64,000 bases of DNA from Burkholderiaceae bacterium (GTDB lineage Bacteria > Pseudomonadota > Gammaproteobacteria > Burkholderiales > Burkholderiaceae_B): assembly GCA_965659885.1 (NCBI GenBank), contig CBFHXV010000004.1, positions 5,024 through 69,023 of the forward strand, read 5' to 3'. A program made the position numbers and the translations under genes. Positions 51,243-62,949 of the stretch are shown here, one piece after another (positions within the stretch are counted from its first letter, which is position 1; each line of letters starts with the position of its first letter). A model generated the notes under the pieces. That model was not told the origin of the DNA, ran no database searches, and saw only the letters and a list, made by a program, of their open reading frames with translations.

Positions 51243-51995
51243 ATGTACAAGCTTGTTTTGATGCGTCATGGCGAAAGCCAGTGGAACCTGGAAAACCGAT
51301 TCACCGGCTGGACCGATGTGGACCTGACCGCCGCCGGGCGTGAACAAGCCTGGCAGGCAGGCGAGTTACTGAAGGAAAAAGGCTATGAATTTGACCTCGC
51401 CTACACTTCGGTGCTCAAGCGTGCGATTCGCACCCTGTGGCTCACGCTAGACGCATTGAACCAGATGTACATCCCGGTGCACAACACCTGGCGTTTAAAT
51501 GAACGGCATTATGGCAATTTGCAGGGCTTGAACAAGGCTGAGACGGCTGCCAAGTTTGGCGACGAACAGGTGCTGATCTGGCGCCGTGCCTACGCCATTG
51601 CGCCCGAGCCGCTCACGCTTGATGATGAGCGCCATCCCCGCTTTGACCCGCGCTACGCGAAACTGCAAGCGCAGCAGCTGCCTTCAACCGAGTGTCTTAA
51701 AGACACGGTTGATCGAGTTTTGCCTTTCTGGAACGAGTCGATTGCGCCTGCCATTCGTAAAGGACGCCGTGTGCTGGTGTCGGCTCATGGCAATAGCCTG
51801 CGTGCGCTGATCAAACACCTGGATGACGTCTCAGAAGAGGATATTGTGGCGCTCAACATCCCCACCGGACAGCCACTGGTTTACGAGCTGGACGAGAACC
51901 TGAAGCCGATCAAGCACTACTACCTGGCGGACCCTGCCGTGATTGAGGCAGCCCTGGCTGCTGTGGCGGCCCAGGGCAAGGCCAAGCAGGACTGA
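51243..51995 (+). CDS. gpmA: 2,3-BPG-dependent phosphoglycerate mutase
   Basis: [29 protein letters not shown]. Confidence 0.97.
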   Translation: MYKLVLMRHGESQWNLENRFTGWTDVDLTAAGREQAWQAGELLKEKGYEFDLAYTSVLKRAIRTLWLTLDALNQMYIPVHNTWRLNERHYGNLQGLNKAETAAKFGDEQVLIWRRAYAIAPEPLTLDDERHPRFDPRYAKLQAQQLPSTECLKDTVDRVLPFWNESIAPAIRKGRRVLVSAHGNSLRALIKHLDDVSEEDIVALNIPTGQPLVYELDENLKPIKHYYLADPAVIEAALAAVAAQGKAKQD

Positions 51996-51996
51996 C

Positions 51997-53199
51997 ATGC
52001 GGCGACCAGCGCTCCGGTTTGCGCTGGTGCTGCTGCTGGCGATGGCCCCCTTGGCCAGCCCGCTGGCGCAGCCGGCGGTGGAGTCGGTCGAGCAGCGCAA
52101 GCAGGATGCACAAAAAGCCAAGGCGGCGCTGCGCGAACGAATCGCTGAAGTTCAGGCGCGACTTGACCAGAAATCCGCACAGTTCAGGCGAGCTTCGGAC
52201 GAGCTGAAACAGTCTGAGAGCGCGATCTCGGCAGCCACCAGGCGCCTTCGGGCGCTAGATCAAAGCCTTGGGCAGACGCAGCAGGCGTTGGTCGCCACAC
52301 AAACGCAAATCGCAGCCACCGAGAGCCAATTACAGGCAGACCGTGATGCGCTGGCTGCGCAACTGCGTGCACAGCACCGCAGTCAATTGTCCGCCTTCAG
52401 TGCACTTTTGTCAGGTACAGACCCCCAGTTGCTCGGACGTGAGCTTGGCTATCTATCGTTTGTGGCGCAAGCACGTGCGCAGGTCATTGAAGATTTGCGA
52501 GAAGGCGTGGCGGAACTTTCCCGCTTAAAAACCACCAAAGAGCATGAGCAGAGCCGTCTTCAAGAGCAGCAGCAGGCCGTTAAAGCCGAGCGCCAGACGC
52601 TGGAGCAGCAAAAACGCCAGCGCGAGCAATTGTTGGTCGAGCTTGAGGGCAGTTTGGCTGCCGAGCGGGCCGAGAGGGACAAGCTAGCGCGCGATGAACA
52701 GCAACTCGGTGAACTTATTGACTCTTTGGGGCAGGAATTGGCCGATATCAAGGCTGATGTGCGACATGCCCAGGCGATCCGCCAAGAGATTTTGCAAGGA
52801 TTGCCCGAGGGTGAGGGCATCAAGCGCGGCATTCCCATGCCGCTGCGAGGGTCAATTGTGGCGCGCTACGGCAGCAGCCGCCCGGATGGGGGTGACTGGC
52901 GGGGCACGGTGATCAAGGCCAGCGACGGTGCACCAGTTAAGGCTGTGGCTGCTGGCACGGTGGTCTATGCCACGTGGTTGCGAGGTTTTGGGAACTTGAT
53001 TATTGTGGATCACGGTGATGAGTTTCTGACGGTTTATGCCTATAACCAGAGTCTGCTCAAGCAGGTTGGAGATACGGTCCGGTCAGGAGACGTTATCGCT
53101 GAAGCGGGCAATAGTGGGGGACAGCTCGATTCAGCCCTATACTTTGAATTAAGGCATCGCGGCAAACCGCTTGACCCCCAGTTGTACTTTAAGCAGTAG
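51997..53199 (+). CDS. envC: Murein hydrolase activator (coiled coil plus degenerate M23 domain)
   Basis: Signal peptide, long coiled coil, WRGTVI...GFGNLIIVDHG...LYFELR; lies between gpmA and ctpA. Confidence 0.82.
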   Translation: MRRPALRFALVLLLAMAPLASPLAQPAVESVEQRKQDAQKAKAALRERIAEVQARLDQKSAQFRRASDELKQSESAISAATRRLRALDQSLGQTQQALVATQTQIAATESQLQADRDALAAQLRAQHRSQLSAFSALLSGTDPQLLGRELGYLSFVAQARAQVIEDLREGVAELSRLKTTKEHEQSRLQEQQQAVKAERQTLEQQKRQREQLLVELEGSLAAERAERDKLARDEQQLGELIDSLGQELADIKADVRHAQAIRQEILQGLPEGEGIKRGIPMPLRGSIVARYGSSRPDGGDWRGTVIKASDGAPVKAVAAGTVVYATWLRGFGNLIIVDHGDEFLTVYAYNQSLLKQVGDTVRSGDVIAEAGNSGGQLDSALYFELRHRGKPLDPQLYFKQ

Positions 53200-53258
53200 C
53201 TTGCGTTAGCAGTGCATTTGCTTGTACGGGGCGGTCATCACACACAACGGGAACGATC

Positions 53259-54674
53259 ATGAGCAGTCGCAAATTACGCAACATCGGTCTGGTATCCACC
53301 GGCATCGTGGCGGGTCTTCTTATCAGCGTGGGTATTTCAGCGGTTGCACAGCGTCCGAATGCGCCGCTGCCGTTAGATGAGTTGCGCCAGTTCTCGAACG
53401 TGTTTGCCGCGATCAAGAACAATTATGTTGAAGATGTTGCCGACCAAGAGCTAATCGAAGGCGCTATCTCTGGCATGCTCACCGACCTCGATCCTCACTC
53501 GGCTTATCTCGATGCCGATGCTTTCAAGGATATGCGCACCTCGACGCGCGGTCAGTTCGGTGGCCTGGGCATCGAGATTGGCTCCGAAGACGGGTTTGTC
53601 AAAGTGATTGCCCCCATTGAGGACACGCCGGCTGAGCGAGCTGGCATGCAGGCCGGTGACCTTATCATCAAGGTCGATGACACCTCGACTAAGGGCATGA
53701 GCTTGACCGAAGCGGTCAAGCTCATGCGTGGCCCGGTTAAAACGCCTGTGACGCTCACAGTGGTTCGCCAGGGACAAGACAAACCGGTGACCGTGGACCT
53801 GGTGCGTGACATCATCAAGGTACGCAGTGTGCGCAGCAAGACCGTGGACGATGACATTGGCTATGTGCGCATCTCGCAGTTCCAGGAACGCACCGGCCGC
53901 GATCTGGCCCAGCATCTTGATGAGCTCGACGATGATGGCGTGCCGCAAGCCTTGGTGCTAGACCTCAGAAACGACCCGGGCGGGTTGCTCACGGGCGCCA
54001 TCGGTGTGTCCTCGGCATTTCTGCCGGCCGACAAGCTGATCGTCTCGACTGACGGGCGCACCCCGGATGCCAAGCGTAAATATCTGGCCAATCCCGTGGA
54101 TTACGCACGTGGCGAGGCCGATTATCTTGCAGACTTGCCAGGCTGGGTCAAAGACGTGCCGATGGTCGTGCTGGTGAACGCCGGATCGGCATCGGCGTCC
54201 GAGATCGTGGCAGGTGCTTTGCAGGACCATGATCGGGCAACGATCATGGGCAACCAAACCTTTGGCAAGGGCTCGGTTCAAGTCATTTTGCCGATTTCTC
54301 ATGAGACGGCCATCAAACTGACCACTTCGCGCTACTACACGCCAAGTGGCCGCTCGATTCAGGCCGAAGGCATTATGCCGGACATTGTGGTCACCGATAC
54401 GGCAGCGGGCAACTTGTTCACGGTCATGCGAGAAGTCGACTTGAACAAGCACTTGGACAACGGTCAATCTAAAAACAAAGCTAAAGGCGATGCAGTCTCG
54501 ACACCGGCAGACCAACCGGCAACAACAGGCCAGGAACAGTCGCTAGGCGACCCTAAGCCATTTCGCTTTGGTGAAGACGATGACTTTCAGTTGCAGCAAG
54601 CCATCAATCATTTGAATGGCAAACCCGTTGACCGTGGACCGGTTGGCACGTTGCAATCAGCTCAACAGGATTAG
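53259..54674 (+). CDS. ctpA: Carboxyl-terminal processing protease S41
   Basis: LDPHSAY, GGLGIEI PDZ domain, LDLRNDPGG, GSASASEIVAGALQD, TFGKGSVQ. Confidence 0.93.
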   Translation: MSSRKLRNIGLVSTGIVAGLLISVGISAVAQRPNAPLPLDELRQFSNVFAAIKNNYVEDVADQELIEGAISGMLTDLDPHSAYLDADAFKDMRTSTRGQFGGLGIEIGSEDGFVKVIAPIEDTPAERAGMQAGDLIIKVDDTSTKGMSLTEAVKLMRGPVKTPVTLTVVRQGQDKPVTVDLVRDIIKVRSVRSKTVDDDIGYVRISQFQERTGRDLAQHLDELDDDGVPQALVLDLRNDPGGLLTGAIGVSSAFLPADKLIVSTDGRTPDAKRKYLANPVDYARGEADYLADLPGWVKDVPMVVLVNAGSASASEIVAGALQDHDRATIMGNQTFGKGSVQVILPISHETAIKLTTSRYYTPSGRSIQAEGIMPDIVVTDTAAGNLFTVMREVDLNKHLDNGQSKNKAKGDAVSTPADQPATTGQEQSLGDPKPFRFGEDDDFQLQQAINHLNGKPVDRGPVGTLQSAQQD

Positions 54675-54689
54675 GTCGGCAATAACGGC

Positions 54690-55442
54690 ATGCAAGACCA
54701 ACAGCTGCTGCGTTACGGCCGCCATATCCTGCTTGATGACATTGGTGTGGAGGGCCAAGACAAGCTGTTGGCCAGCCGTGTGCTAGTGGTCGGTGCTGGT
54801 GGCCTGGGCTCGCCGGTTTGCCTTTATCTGGCCTGTGCCGGTGTCGGTGAAATCCGGGTGGCCGATGACGACACCGTCGAACTGAGCAACCTGCAGCGTC
54901 AAATCATGCACGGCACAGACCAGCTTGGCGAGCTAAAAGTCATGTCGGCCAAGGATGCCATGTGGCGCGTAAACCCCGAGACCCGGGTGGTGCCCTTGCC
55001 CGAGCGCTTGGCCGGCGATGCACTGCTTGAGCAAGTCAAGGCTGTCGATGCCGTGATTGATTGCTGTGACAATTTCCAGACGCGACATGCCATTAACCGT
55101 GCTTGTGTTCAAACGGCCACCCCTTTGATTTCAGGGGCAGCGATCCGGTTTGAAGGCCAGGCTTGCGTTTACGACACCCGCAATGAACAAAGTCCTTGCT
55201 ACCACTGTTTGTTTCCCGAGGCTGATGACGTCACGCCAGTCAATTGCGCCACCATGGGGGTGTTTGCCCCGCTCGTGGGCGTCATTGGTAGCTTGCAGGC
55301 TGCTGAGGCGATCAAGGTGCTAGCTGGCGTCGGTAAACCGCTTGAGGGTCGTTTGGTGTTGTTTGATGCGCGCGGCGCGAGTTGGCATGAGGTTCGCGTC
55401 AAGCGAGACCCTGACTGTGAGGTTTGCAGTCAACGGCCGTGA
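54690..55442 (+). CDS. moeB: MoeB/ThiF-family adenylyltransferase
   Basis: RYGRHILL, GAGGLGSP, SNLQRQ, DCCDNF, CYHC, CEVC. Confidence 0.85.
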   Translation: MQDQQLLRYGRHILLDDIGVEGQDKLLASRVLVVGAGGLGSPVCLYLACAGVGEIRVADDDTVELSNLQRQIMHGTDQLGELKVMSAKDAMWRVNPETRVVPLPERLAGDALLEQVKAVDAVIDCCDNFQTRHAINRACVQTATPLISGAAIRFEGQACVYDTRNEQSPCYHCLFPEADDVTPVNCATMGVFAPLVGVIGSLQAAEAIKVLAGVGKPLEGRLVLFDARGASWHEVRVKRDPDCEVCSQRP

Positions 55443-55473
55443 TGTTTGAGGTTTTCTTGGTGTTCTTGGCGTG

Positions 55474-56231
55474 CTAGCCGCGCAGTGGCCGTTTGAGCAA
55501 CAACAAATCGCTGACTTTGTTCACCCTTAAGTCCACGTAATGAGGCCGTCCACGTCTTTGGTGGGCAAACGGCGTCGATGGGTGAAACACGTGCACGGTT
55601 CTTAAGCCGGCCGCGCGCGCGCCGCGCAGGTTCGTCAGCGTGTCCTCAACGAGAACGGCTCGCTTGGTGGCAACGCCTTCACACGCCACAATATGTCGAA
55701 GCATGGCCGCCGATGGCTTGGGTTTGTATTGCCCATGCAGCTTCAAATGTTCAATGCCCCACAGACTGTGAAAGTGCTGCAAGATGCCCATGTGTCTGAG
55801 CACAGCACGCGCGTAATGTAACGGTGCGTTGGTCACGAGCACCTTACGCCCGGGCAGTTGCCCAAGCTTGTGGTGCATGGCCGATTCAGATCGCACCAAG
55901 GGCCGCACGTCAAAGTCATGGCTGTGCCAGAGAAACTCGTCGGCGCTCACGCCATGATGTTTGACCATGCCAATCATGGTGGCGCCGTAGCGTCGCCAGT
56001 ATTTGGCTCGCAAATGCTGTGCTTCGGTCTCATCGACATCAAGGCAGGTCATCACCGCGCGTGTCATGCCAGCACTGATGTGCGGAAATATGCGGTAGGA
56101 CGTATCGTGCAGGGTGTTGTCCAGATCAAACAGCCACAGCCGGCGATCGTCGCCCGCTCTTGGCCCATGCACCCGTGCTCGTTTAAGACGCACCGCAGGG
56201 CGCGACAGACGGCGTGGTGAGGCCACAGCCA

Positions 56232-56232
<1 letters not shown>
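55474..56232 (-). CDS. HAD-family pyrimidine 5'-nucleotidase
   Basis: LFDLDNTLH, YWRRYGATM, TNAP, KP, VEDTLTNL; coupled to argB. Confidence 0.85.
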
Positions 56233-57161
<929 letters not shown>

Positions 57162-57653
57162 TTAGCCAGCTAGCGCCGTCTCGAGGGTGTTGCGCATGTC
57201 TTGCTTGTCATACATACCAAGAAACCGTTTGACGATTTTGCCGTCGCGGTCAATAACAAAGGCGATGGGCGTGAGTTTGACATCATCAAAGGCCTTGGCC
57301 ACCGACCCGTCTGTGTCAGTGGCCACCGTGAAGGGCAACTGGCGACTTTCGGTGAACTGTTCAACGAAATTGATGGGATCATACGACATGGCAACCGCGA
57401 TGACTTCGAGGCCATCCTTGTGATAGTCCTCGTAGTAGCTGATCGTATCGGGCATTTGCTGCACACAAGTGACACAACTTGTTGCCCAGAACTTCACGAG
57501 TACGGGCTTGCCCTTGAGCTGCGCCATGGTGATTTTTTCACCGTCCAGGGTTTGGAAGGTCACGGCCGGTGCGTCTTGCTTGGGCGTGAATGCGAACCAC
57601 GCACCGGCGCCGACCAATGCAGCGATGGCGATGATGGTAATGGCTTTACGCAT
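57162..57653 (-). CDS. TlpA-family thiol-disulfide oxidoreductase
   Basis: N-terminal anchor, FWATSCVTC, AVAMSYDP, LTP. Confidence 0.85.
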   Translation of the reverse strand: MRKAITIIAIAALVGAGAWFAFTPKQDAPAVTFQTLDGEKITMAQLKGKPVLVKFWATSCVTCVQQMPDTISYYEDYHKDGLEVIAVAMSYDPINFVEQFTESRQLPFTVATDTDGSVAKAFDDVKLTPIAFVIDRDGKIVKRFLGMYDKQDMRNTLETALAG

Positions 57654-57687
57654 GTCTCAGTTACCTCTGTAGCGTCAACAAAAAACC

Positions 57688-58461
57688 TTAGAGTGGGCGG
57701 GCCTGCGCAGGTGTGGGTGCCTGCACGGGCTGAACGCTAGGCGAGCCGGCAGCCGGCTCAGAGCCACTGGCGCTGCCGTCAGCCCTCGTGGTCGTGCCCG
57801 GACTCGGGTTGCTGGCTGGCAAGCCACTTTCGCGCTGGCTCGCGGCCCGAAATGCTGCTTCTTGTTGCGGGGTCATGATGTCAAACAGCGTGTAGACTTC
57901 TTTTACGCCACCAACACTTGCCACGACCTCGGCGATTTTGTCGGCTTCGGCCTGAGTCACCAGACCCTGTAAGTAGACGTCATCGCGCTCGACGGTGACT
58001 TCAACAGCGCCTGATGGAATACCTTCAGTGGTCAGCAACGCGGTCTTGACCTTCGAAGAAAGCCAAGTGTCAGAGGTGATTTGGCTAAATGACGCCAACG
58101 GCCCGACGTAAAGCCGGTTGATCACGGACTTTACCTGTGGCGTGTTCATGGCAATGGCTGCGGCCTCGCCTCGGATTTTTTCGCTAAAAGCGTCACCGGT
58201 GAGCAGCACCACACCGTCATACGACGATGCGTTGATCCGCGCTGTCTTGCCAAATTTGACTTGCATTTCGTTATCAATCTTGAGGTTGATCTCTTTGTCG
58301 CTGACCTGTTGGCCAACCGTGCGACGATCGGTGGCCACCAGTGCCGTAGTGGCAGCTGCGCCACCCACAATCACGGGGGCGCAACCAGCTAAAACACCCG
58401 ACAAGCCAATCACGGCTGCCAATGTCACTACTTTGATACGTGTGGTTGGTATTTGGTTCAT
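57688..58461 (-). CDS. dolP: Dual-BON-domain lipoprotein (DolP/YraP)
   Basis: Lipobox [36 protein letters not shown]; downstream of the SIS gene. Confidence 0.82.
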   Translation of the reverse strand: MNQIPTTRIKVVTLAAVIGLSGVLAGCAPVIVGGAAATTALVATDRRTVGQQVSDKEINLKIDNEMQVKFGKTARINASSYDGVVLLTGDAFSEKIRGEAAAIAMNTPQVKSVINRLYVGPLASFSQITSDTWLSSKVKTALLTTEGIPSGAVEVTVERDDVYLQGLVTQAEADKIAEVVASVGGVKEVYTLFDIMTPQQEAAFRAASQRESGLPASNPSPGTTTRADGSASGSEPAAGSPSVQPVQAPTPAQARPL

Positions 58462-59060
58462 TTTTTAGGTCCCAGCAAAAGAGTATCAATGCCCTCGCAA
58501 ATCAAATGCAGCAACACGATGTGCATCTCCTGTATGCGCATGGTGCGGGGGTCGGGCACGCACAATAGGACATCGGACGAACTCAGCTGTTTGGCCATCT
58601 CGCCGCCATCGCGTCCGGTCAGGCCAATAACGCGCATGCCGTTGTGATGCGCCTGTTCGATGGCGCGCAGGACGTTTGGCGAGTTGCCGCTTGTGGATAT
58701 GCCGATCAGGATGTCATCGGCTTGGCCTAGTGCCTGAACTTGCCTCGCAAATACATGCTCAAACCCGTAGTCATTGCCCACAGCCGTCAGAATAGAGGTG
58801 TCGGTGGACAACGCCACAGCGGCCAGTGGCTGCCTCTCGCGCTCGAAGCGGCCCACGAGCTCGGCGACAAAGTGCTGGGCATCGGAAGCTGAACCGCCGT
58901 TGCCGCAAGCCAGAATGCGTTTGCCGCTGTTCACCGCACCATGGCAATGTTCGATGGCTTTCTCTAGGGACGGCAAAACCTCCTGCAGCGTACGCTCAGT
59001 GGTTCGCTGGTGATCCTCGAAATGTTGTTTCAGGTGTTGCGTCAGTTGCATGACAGTCAA
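58458..59060 (-). CDS. SIS-domain phosphoheptose isomerase / DiaA-like protein
   Basis: [34 protein letters not shown]; GmhA versus DiaA cannot be resolved by eye. Confidence 0.88.
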   Translation of the reverse strand: MTVMQLTQHLKQHFEDHQRTTERTLQEVLPSLEKAIEHCHGAVNSGKRILACGNGGSASDAQHFVAELVGRFERERQPLAAVALSTDTSILTAVGNDYGFEHVFARQVQALGQADDILIGISTSGNSPNVLRAIEQAHHNGMRVIGLTGRDGGEMAKQLSSSDVLLCVPDPRTMRIQEMHIVLLHLICEGIDTLLLGPKK

Positions 59061-59103
59061 GAAAAGTTCAATCAGAACTTATTATCACATGGCTAGAGCG
59101 CGA

Positions 59104-61029
59104 TCACGCTTTTGACGACTGTTGCGGCTTGGGCACAAGTCGTGCCGGCATGGCACCACGCAGGGCGTTGCACACCATTAAGTCTTGGGCCGCGAGCAGT
59201 TCGTCACGCGTGATGGTTCGAACGTTTGCGTCAAGCTTGCTGTCTTGAAGTAATACCGAGCGCATGATGCCGGGCAGAACCCCGGCTTGCACGGGCGGCG
59301 TGTACCACCGCCCGTCAAGCTTGACAAACACGTTGCTGCGTCCACCCTCGGTTAACTCATCGCGCTCATTAAAAAATAGCATGTCAAATGCACCTTGTTT
59401 CTCAGCCTGCTGCCAGGCGGCATCGTAATGCGCACGATCGCTGGTCTTGTGCCGCAATAGCCTATTGGTTGAGGTCATGCGCTCGGGCGCGAGCAGCACG
59501 TCAACCGGGCAAGCGATGGGGGTCAACTGCCCTGAGGTCACCCGCAATTGCCCGTTGGGGTTTAGTTCAAGCTTGACGCGATGTTCGATGTCGGGATCCA
59601 GTGTTTGGCATGCCGTCATCACCGCTTCATGGGCGGCATCGCGCTCAAACGCCAGACCTAGCGCCTTAGCCGAACCTTGCAGTCTGTCCAGATGCCGCTC
59701 CAGATATGCCACCCCAGTTTGTGGCATGGCGCGCATGGTTTCAAACAAGCCCAGTGGCTTGACCAGTCGGTTAAGAAAACTCGCTTTCAGTTGGCATTCA
59801 GCCCATTCATCGGCTGCCTGGCTGCTGTAGGTGATGCCCGCACCGATGCCAAGCCTGACCTCGCGTTGGCCACTGCTCGTGGGCGGCGCAACGGTCAGCG
59901 TTCGAATCGGCACGCTGAAACAGAAATCGTGTCGGGCAACACCGCAAGCCTTGCTGCCAGACCCACGGGGCGCTGGATCAATCCAGCCAATGGCACCCGT
60001 GTACAAACCGCGCGGCCCTGGCTCGATCTCGCGAATGATGCGCATGGTCTGCTGTTTGGGTGCGCCCGTAATTGATCCACAAGGAAACACCGCGGCAATC
60101 AATTCGTGCCAATCAACATCCGGACGTAGTTGGGCGCGCACCGTCGAGGTCATCTGCAAGACATCGCCATAGCGTTTGACATCAAATCGTTCGGGCACAC
60201 TGACGCTGCCCGGCACTGCCAGGCGTCCAAGGTCATTGCGCAACAAATCAACGATCATGACGTTTTCTGCGGTGTTTTTAGGGTCGGTGGCCAAGTCAAA
60301 GTTGCTTTGTGCCGGTGCCGTGCCTTTCATGGGGCGCGCTTGCAGCCACCCACCTTCTGATGAGACAAAGAGTTCGGGTGAGCGAGACAGTATCCATTGG
60401 CCATCGGGCAGGCCAATCAGCGCCCCATAGCCCACGGCTTGATGTTTGCGCAGTTCGCGGTACAGGCCAAGCGGCTCGCCCGTTAGCCTGGCTGTGATGC
60501 CAAAGCAAAGGTTGACCTGGTAAGTGTCGCCCGCTTCAATGTGCTGGCGAATGCGCGCGACTGACGCCTCAAAGCGCTGTGGCGTGATGTTGGGTTGCCA
60601 GCCGGTGAGTGTTGGCGTTGTGCCCGAGTGCGCAAGCGCCTGTTTGTCCAGCCACTGATCGACTTGGGCGGCTTGCAAATGCTCACAGTGTTCAAACAGC
60701 AAGATCTGGCTACTCGGTGTGGGTGGTGCGTCTCTGTCAGGTAGACCCTGCAAGGCCTCACCGAGCTCGTAGTCGAGCAACATGACGACGAACCAGCCTT
60801 GTTCGAGGCCATGTTGCATGGCGGTGAGGGCCGCACCAAGCGTCTGGGGGCTGTCGATGACCAGTCGCTGGCGCAAGCGGCTATACAGGCGTGAGCGCGC
60901 CATGTCCGGTGGTGCCAGTTGGTCATCCAAAAGCACCACCATGTCGGTCAATGCGTCGACTGGCAATGAGGTGTTCACTTCAATGGGTGAGTTAAAAGCG
61001 ACAAGGGCGACAAGACAGTCAGCCCACAA
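59104..61029 (-). CDS. Fused aminodeoxychorismate synthase component I / ADC lyase (PabB-PabC-like)
   Basis: GDTYQVN, SPELF, PMKGT, AENVMIVDLLRNDL, FPCGSITGAPK, then class-IV aminotransferase motifs FETMR, HKT, TEGGRSNVF, LPGIMR; the true start is probably downstream of 61029. Confidence 0.88.
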   Translation of the reverse strand: MWADCLVALVAFNSPIEVNTSLPVDALTDMVVLLDDQLAPPDMARSRLYSRLRQRLVIDSPQTLGAALTAMQHGLEQGWFVVMLLDYELGEALQGLPDRDAPPTPSSQILLFEHCEHLQAAQVDQWLDKQALAHSGTTPTLTGWQPNITPQRFEASVARIRQHIEAGDTYQVNLCFGITARLTGEPLGLYRELRKHQAVGYGALIGLPDGQWILSRSPELFVSSEGGWLQARPMKGTAPAQSNFDLATDPKNTAENVMIVDLLRNDLGRLAVPGSVSVPERFDVKRYGDVLQMTSTVRAQLRPDVDWHELIAAVFPCGSITGAPKQQTMRIIREIEPGPRGLYTGAIGWIDPAPRGSGSKACGVARHDFCFSVPIRTLTVAPPTSSGQREVRLGIGAGITYSSQAADEWAECQLKASFLNRLVKPLGLFETMRAMPQTGVAYLERHLDRLQGSAKALGLAFERDAAHEAVMTACQTLDPDIEHRVKLELNPNGQLRVTSGQLTPIACPVDVLLAPERMTSTNRLLRHKTSDRAHYDAAWQQAEKQGAFDMLFFNERDELTEGGRSNVFVKLDGRWYTPPVQAGVLPGIMRSVLLQDSKLDANVRTITRDELLAAQDLMVCNALRGAMPARLVPKPQQSSKA

Positions 61030-61107
61030 CGTGTCAAGGCAACAAGTATGCCACGGCCATGCACTGACGATGCTCTAAACTGAGCACATGAACACTACGC
61101 AGGTTGC

Positions 61108-62052
61108 ATGATGAGCCACAGCGCCAAGCTCTGGGAAGACATCGAAGCACGTCTAGCACAACAACACTGGCCCGAGTCGGCGTTGTATGTGGTGGCCACG
61201 CCCATTGGTAATTTGCTTGACCTGAGTTGGCGTGCCTGGCATGTGCTGCGCCTAGTCGATGCCATTGCTGCTGAGGACACACGGTCAAGCGCCACTTTGC
61301 TCAAAGCCTGGCATATCGACACGCCTTTAATGGCCGCACATCGTCACAACGAACGACAGGCTGCCGTGGCGGTCATCGAGCGTTTAAACCGTGGCGAGCG
61401 TGTCGCTTTGATATCGGATGCCGGCTCACCGGCCATCAGTGACCCGGGCGGGCAGCTCGTGGCCGATGTGCGCGCCGCGGGATTCGAGGTGGTGGTCGTG
61501 CCCGGCCCGAGCGCTGCCATTGCCGCACTCATGGCCAGCGGTGCGAGCACCGATCGTGACCCCGGGTTTGTGTTTCTTGGATTTTTGCCGAACAAGTCTG
61601 CCGCCAGACAACGCGCGATACGCCAGTGGCAAGGTGCAAGCGAATCGCTGGTGATGTTTGAGGCGCCACATCGCATTGTGGCGCTACTGATGGACTTGGA
61701 AACGGTGCTTGGTGGCCACAGACAAGTGAGTCTGTGCCGCGAGCTGACCAAGCGCTTTGAGCAAACGGTCACCTTGGCGCTCGATCAAGCCGTGGCCTGG
61801 GTCACAGCCGATGGCCATCGGCAGAGAGGCGAATATGTGGTGGTGATACATCCATCTGAGCAACGCACCTTGTCGCAAGACGATCAGGACCAAGCCTGGC
61901 AAACGCCGCAGCGGCGTGCGTGGATGGGCGCGTTGCTGAGCGCTTTATCGACGCGTGATGCCGCCAAAGTCATGTCGCAAGCGCTTGGACTGCCTAAAGA
62001 CGCGTGTTATGCGCGCTTGCTCGAATATCGGCACAACGGGTCAGGGCCTTGA
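61108..62052 (+). CDS. rsmI: 16S rRNA (cytidine1402-2'-O)-methyltransferase
   Basis: LYVVATPIGNL, AEDTR, SDAGSPAISDPG, PGPSA, EAPHR, RELTKRFE, GEYV. Confidence 0.95.
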   Translation: MMSHSAKLWEDIEARLAQQHWPESALYVVATPIGNLLDLSWRAWHVLRLVDAIAAEDTRSSATLLKAWHIDTPLMAAHRHNERQAAVAVIERLNRGERVALISDAGSPAISDPGGQLVADVRAAGFEVVVVPGPSAAIAALMASGASTDRDPGFVFLGFLPNKSAARQRAIRQWQGASESLVMFEAPHRIVALLMDLETVLGGHRQVSLCRELTKRFEQTVTLALDQAVAWVTADGHRQRGEYVVVIHPSEQRTLSQDDQDQAWQTPQRRAWMGALLSALSTRDAAKVMSQALGLPKDACYARLLEYRHNGSGP

Positions 62053-62949
62053 AATCGTGGGTCGCACGCCAAGCGATTGCTCTACGCTGTTGATGGCGCT
62101 CACGGCCTGGGCACGGTTGGCAAATGGGCCGATACGCACGCGCCAAAGCCCGCCGACTGCCCGTGCGGCATCTACTTCAATGGGCAGGTTGCCTGGCATG
62201 CTGCGTGCGGCTTTGGCAGCTAGCTCGCGCGCATTGAACTCTTGACGAAACGCGCCAATCTGTAAAAACACGGGCTGGTTAGCCACTTCAGCGGTCATGA
62301 CCTGAGCGCTGGCACCGCTTGATGCCACCGGCGTGGTGGTGCGCGAAGGTTCGGTGCTCGCAAAGGCCTGGTTTGCCCAAGTGCCTGCACGGATTTGAGC
62401 CGGGGTGATGCGTTCAACCACCACCTCGGCACTACCAGGTCCCACCATGTCCAGACGATGTGCCGCGGCGTAGGACAAGTCAATGACGCGATTGTGCAGA
62501 AACGGCCCGCGATCGTTAACACGCACGATCACGCTCTTGCCATTAGAGACCCGGGTAACACGGACATAGCTTGGAATCGGCAAGGTGGTGTGTGCCGCGG
62601 TCATGGCGAACATGTCGTAGGTTTCGCCATTAGAAGTTTTACGGCCATGAAACTTGCGACCGTACCATGAGGCCATGCCGCGCTTGCGATAGGGTCGCTC
62701 GGTCCTGTCAGGGACATAGCGCTTACCCATGACGGTGTAAGGATTGTTGGGGCCACGAGCCAGTGGCTCTACGCGGGGCACGGCATCAGGAATGTTGTCC
62801 AGATTAGCAGGCACTTGTGCCGGTGGGCCATCGTCTTTGTAATAGCCACCACTGGAACTTACCCAACTGCCGCCGCCTGAGCCTGAAGAGCAAGCCACTA
62901 GCGTGGCGGTCGCCGCAAGAATTCCGAGCCTGGAAATCAGCGTCATCAT
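62041..62949 (-). CDS. rlpA: Septal ring lytic transglycosylase lipoprotein (DPBB plus SPOR)
   Basis: Lipobox LVAC, GGYYKDDGPP, GMASWYG, TAAHTTLP, RVNDRGPF, IDLSYAAA, SPOR motifs LQIGAF...RVRIGPF. Confidence 0.93.
   Translation of the reverse strand: MMTLISRLGILAATATLVACSSGSGGGSWVSSSGGYYKDDGPPAQVPANLDNIPDAVPRVEPLARGPNNPYTVMGKRYVPDRTERPYRKRGMASWYGRKFHGRKTSNGETYDMFAMTAAHTTLPIPSYVRVTRVSNGKSVIVRVNDRGPFLHNRVIDLSYAAAHRLDMVGPGSAEVVVERITPAQIRAGTWANQAFASTEPSRTTTPVASSGASAQVMTAEVANQPVFLQIGAFRQEFNARELAAKAARSMPGNLPIEVDAARAVGGLWRVRIGPFANRAQAVSAINSVEQSLGVRPTISRP

Noticed and set aside
51997-53199. Degenerate M23 active site taken as a sign of pseudogenisation
   Set aside because: Loss of the Zn ligands is the normal state of EnvC.
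61088-61111. 7-codon uORF MNTTQVA overlapping the rsmI start
   Set aside because: Too short to distinguish from chance, with no clear RBS or regulatory codons.
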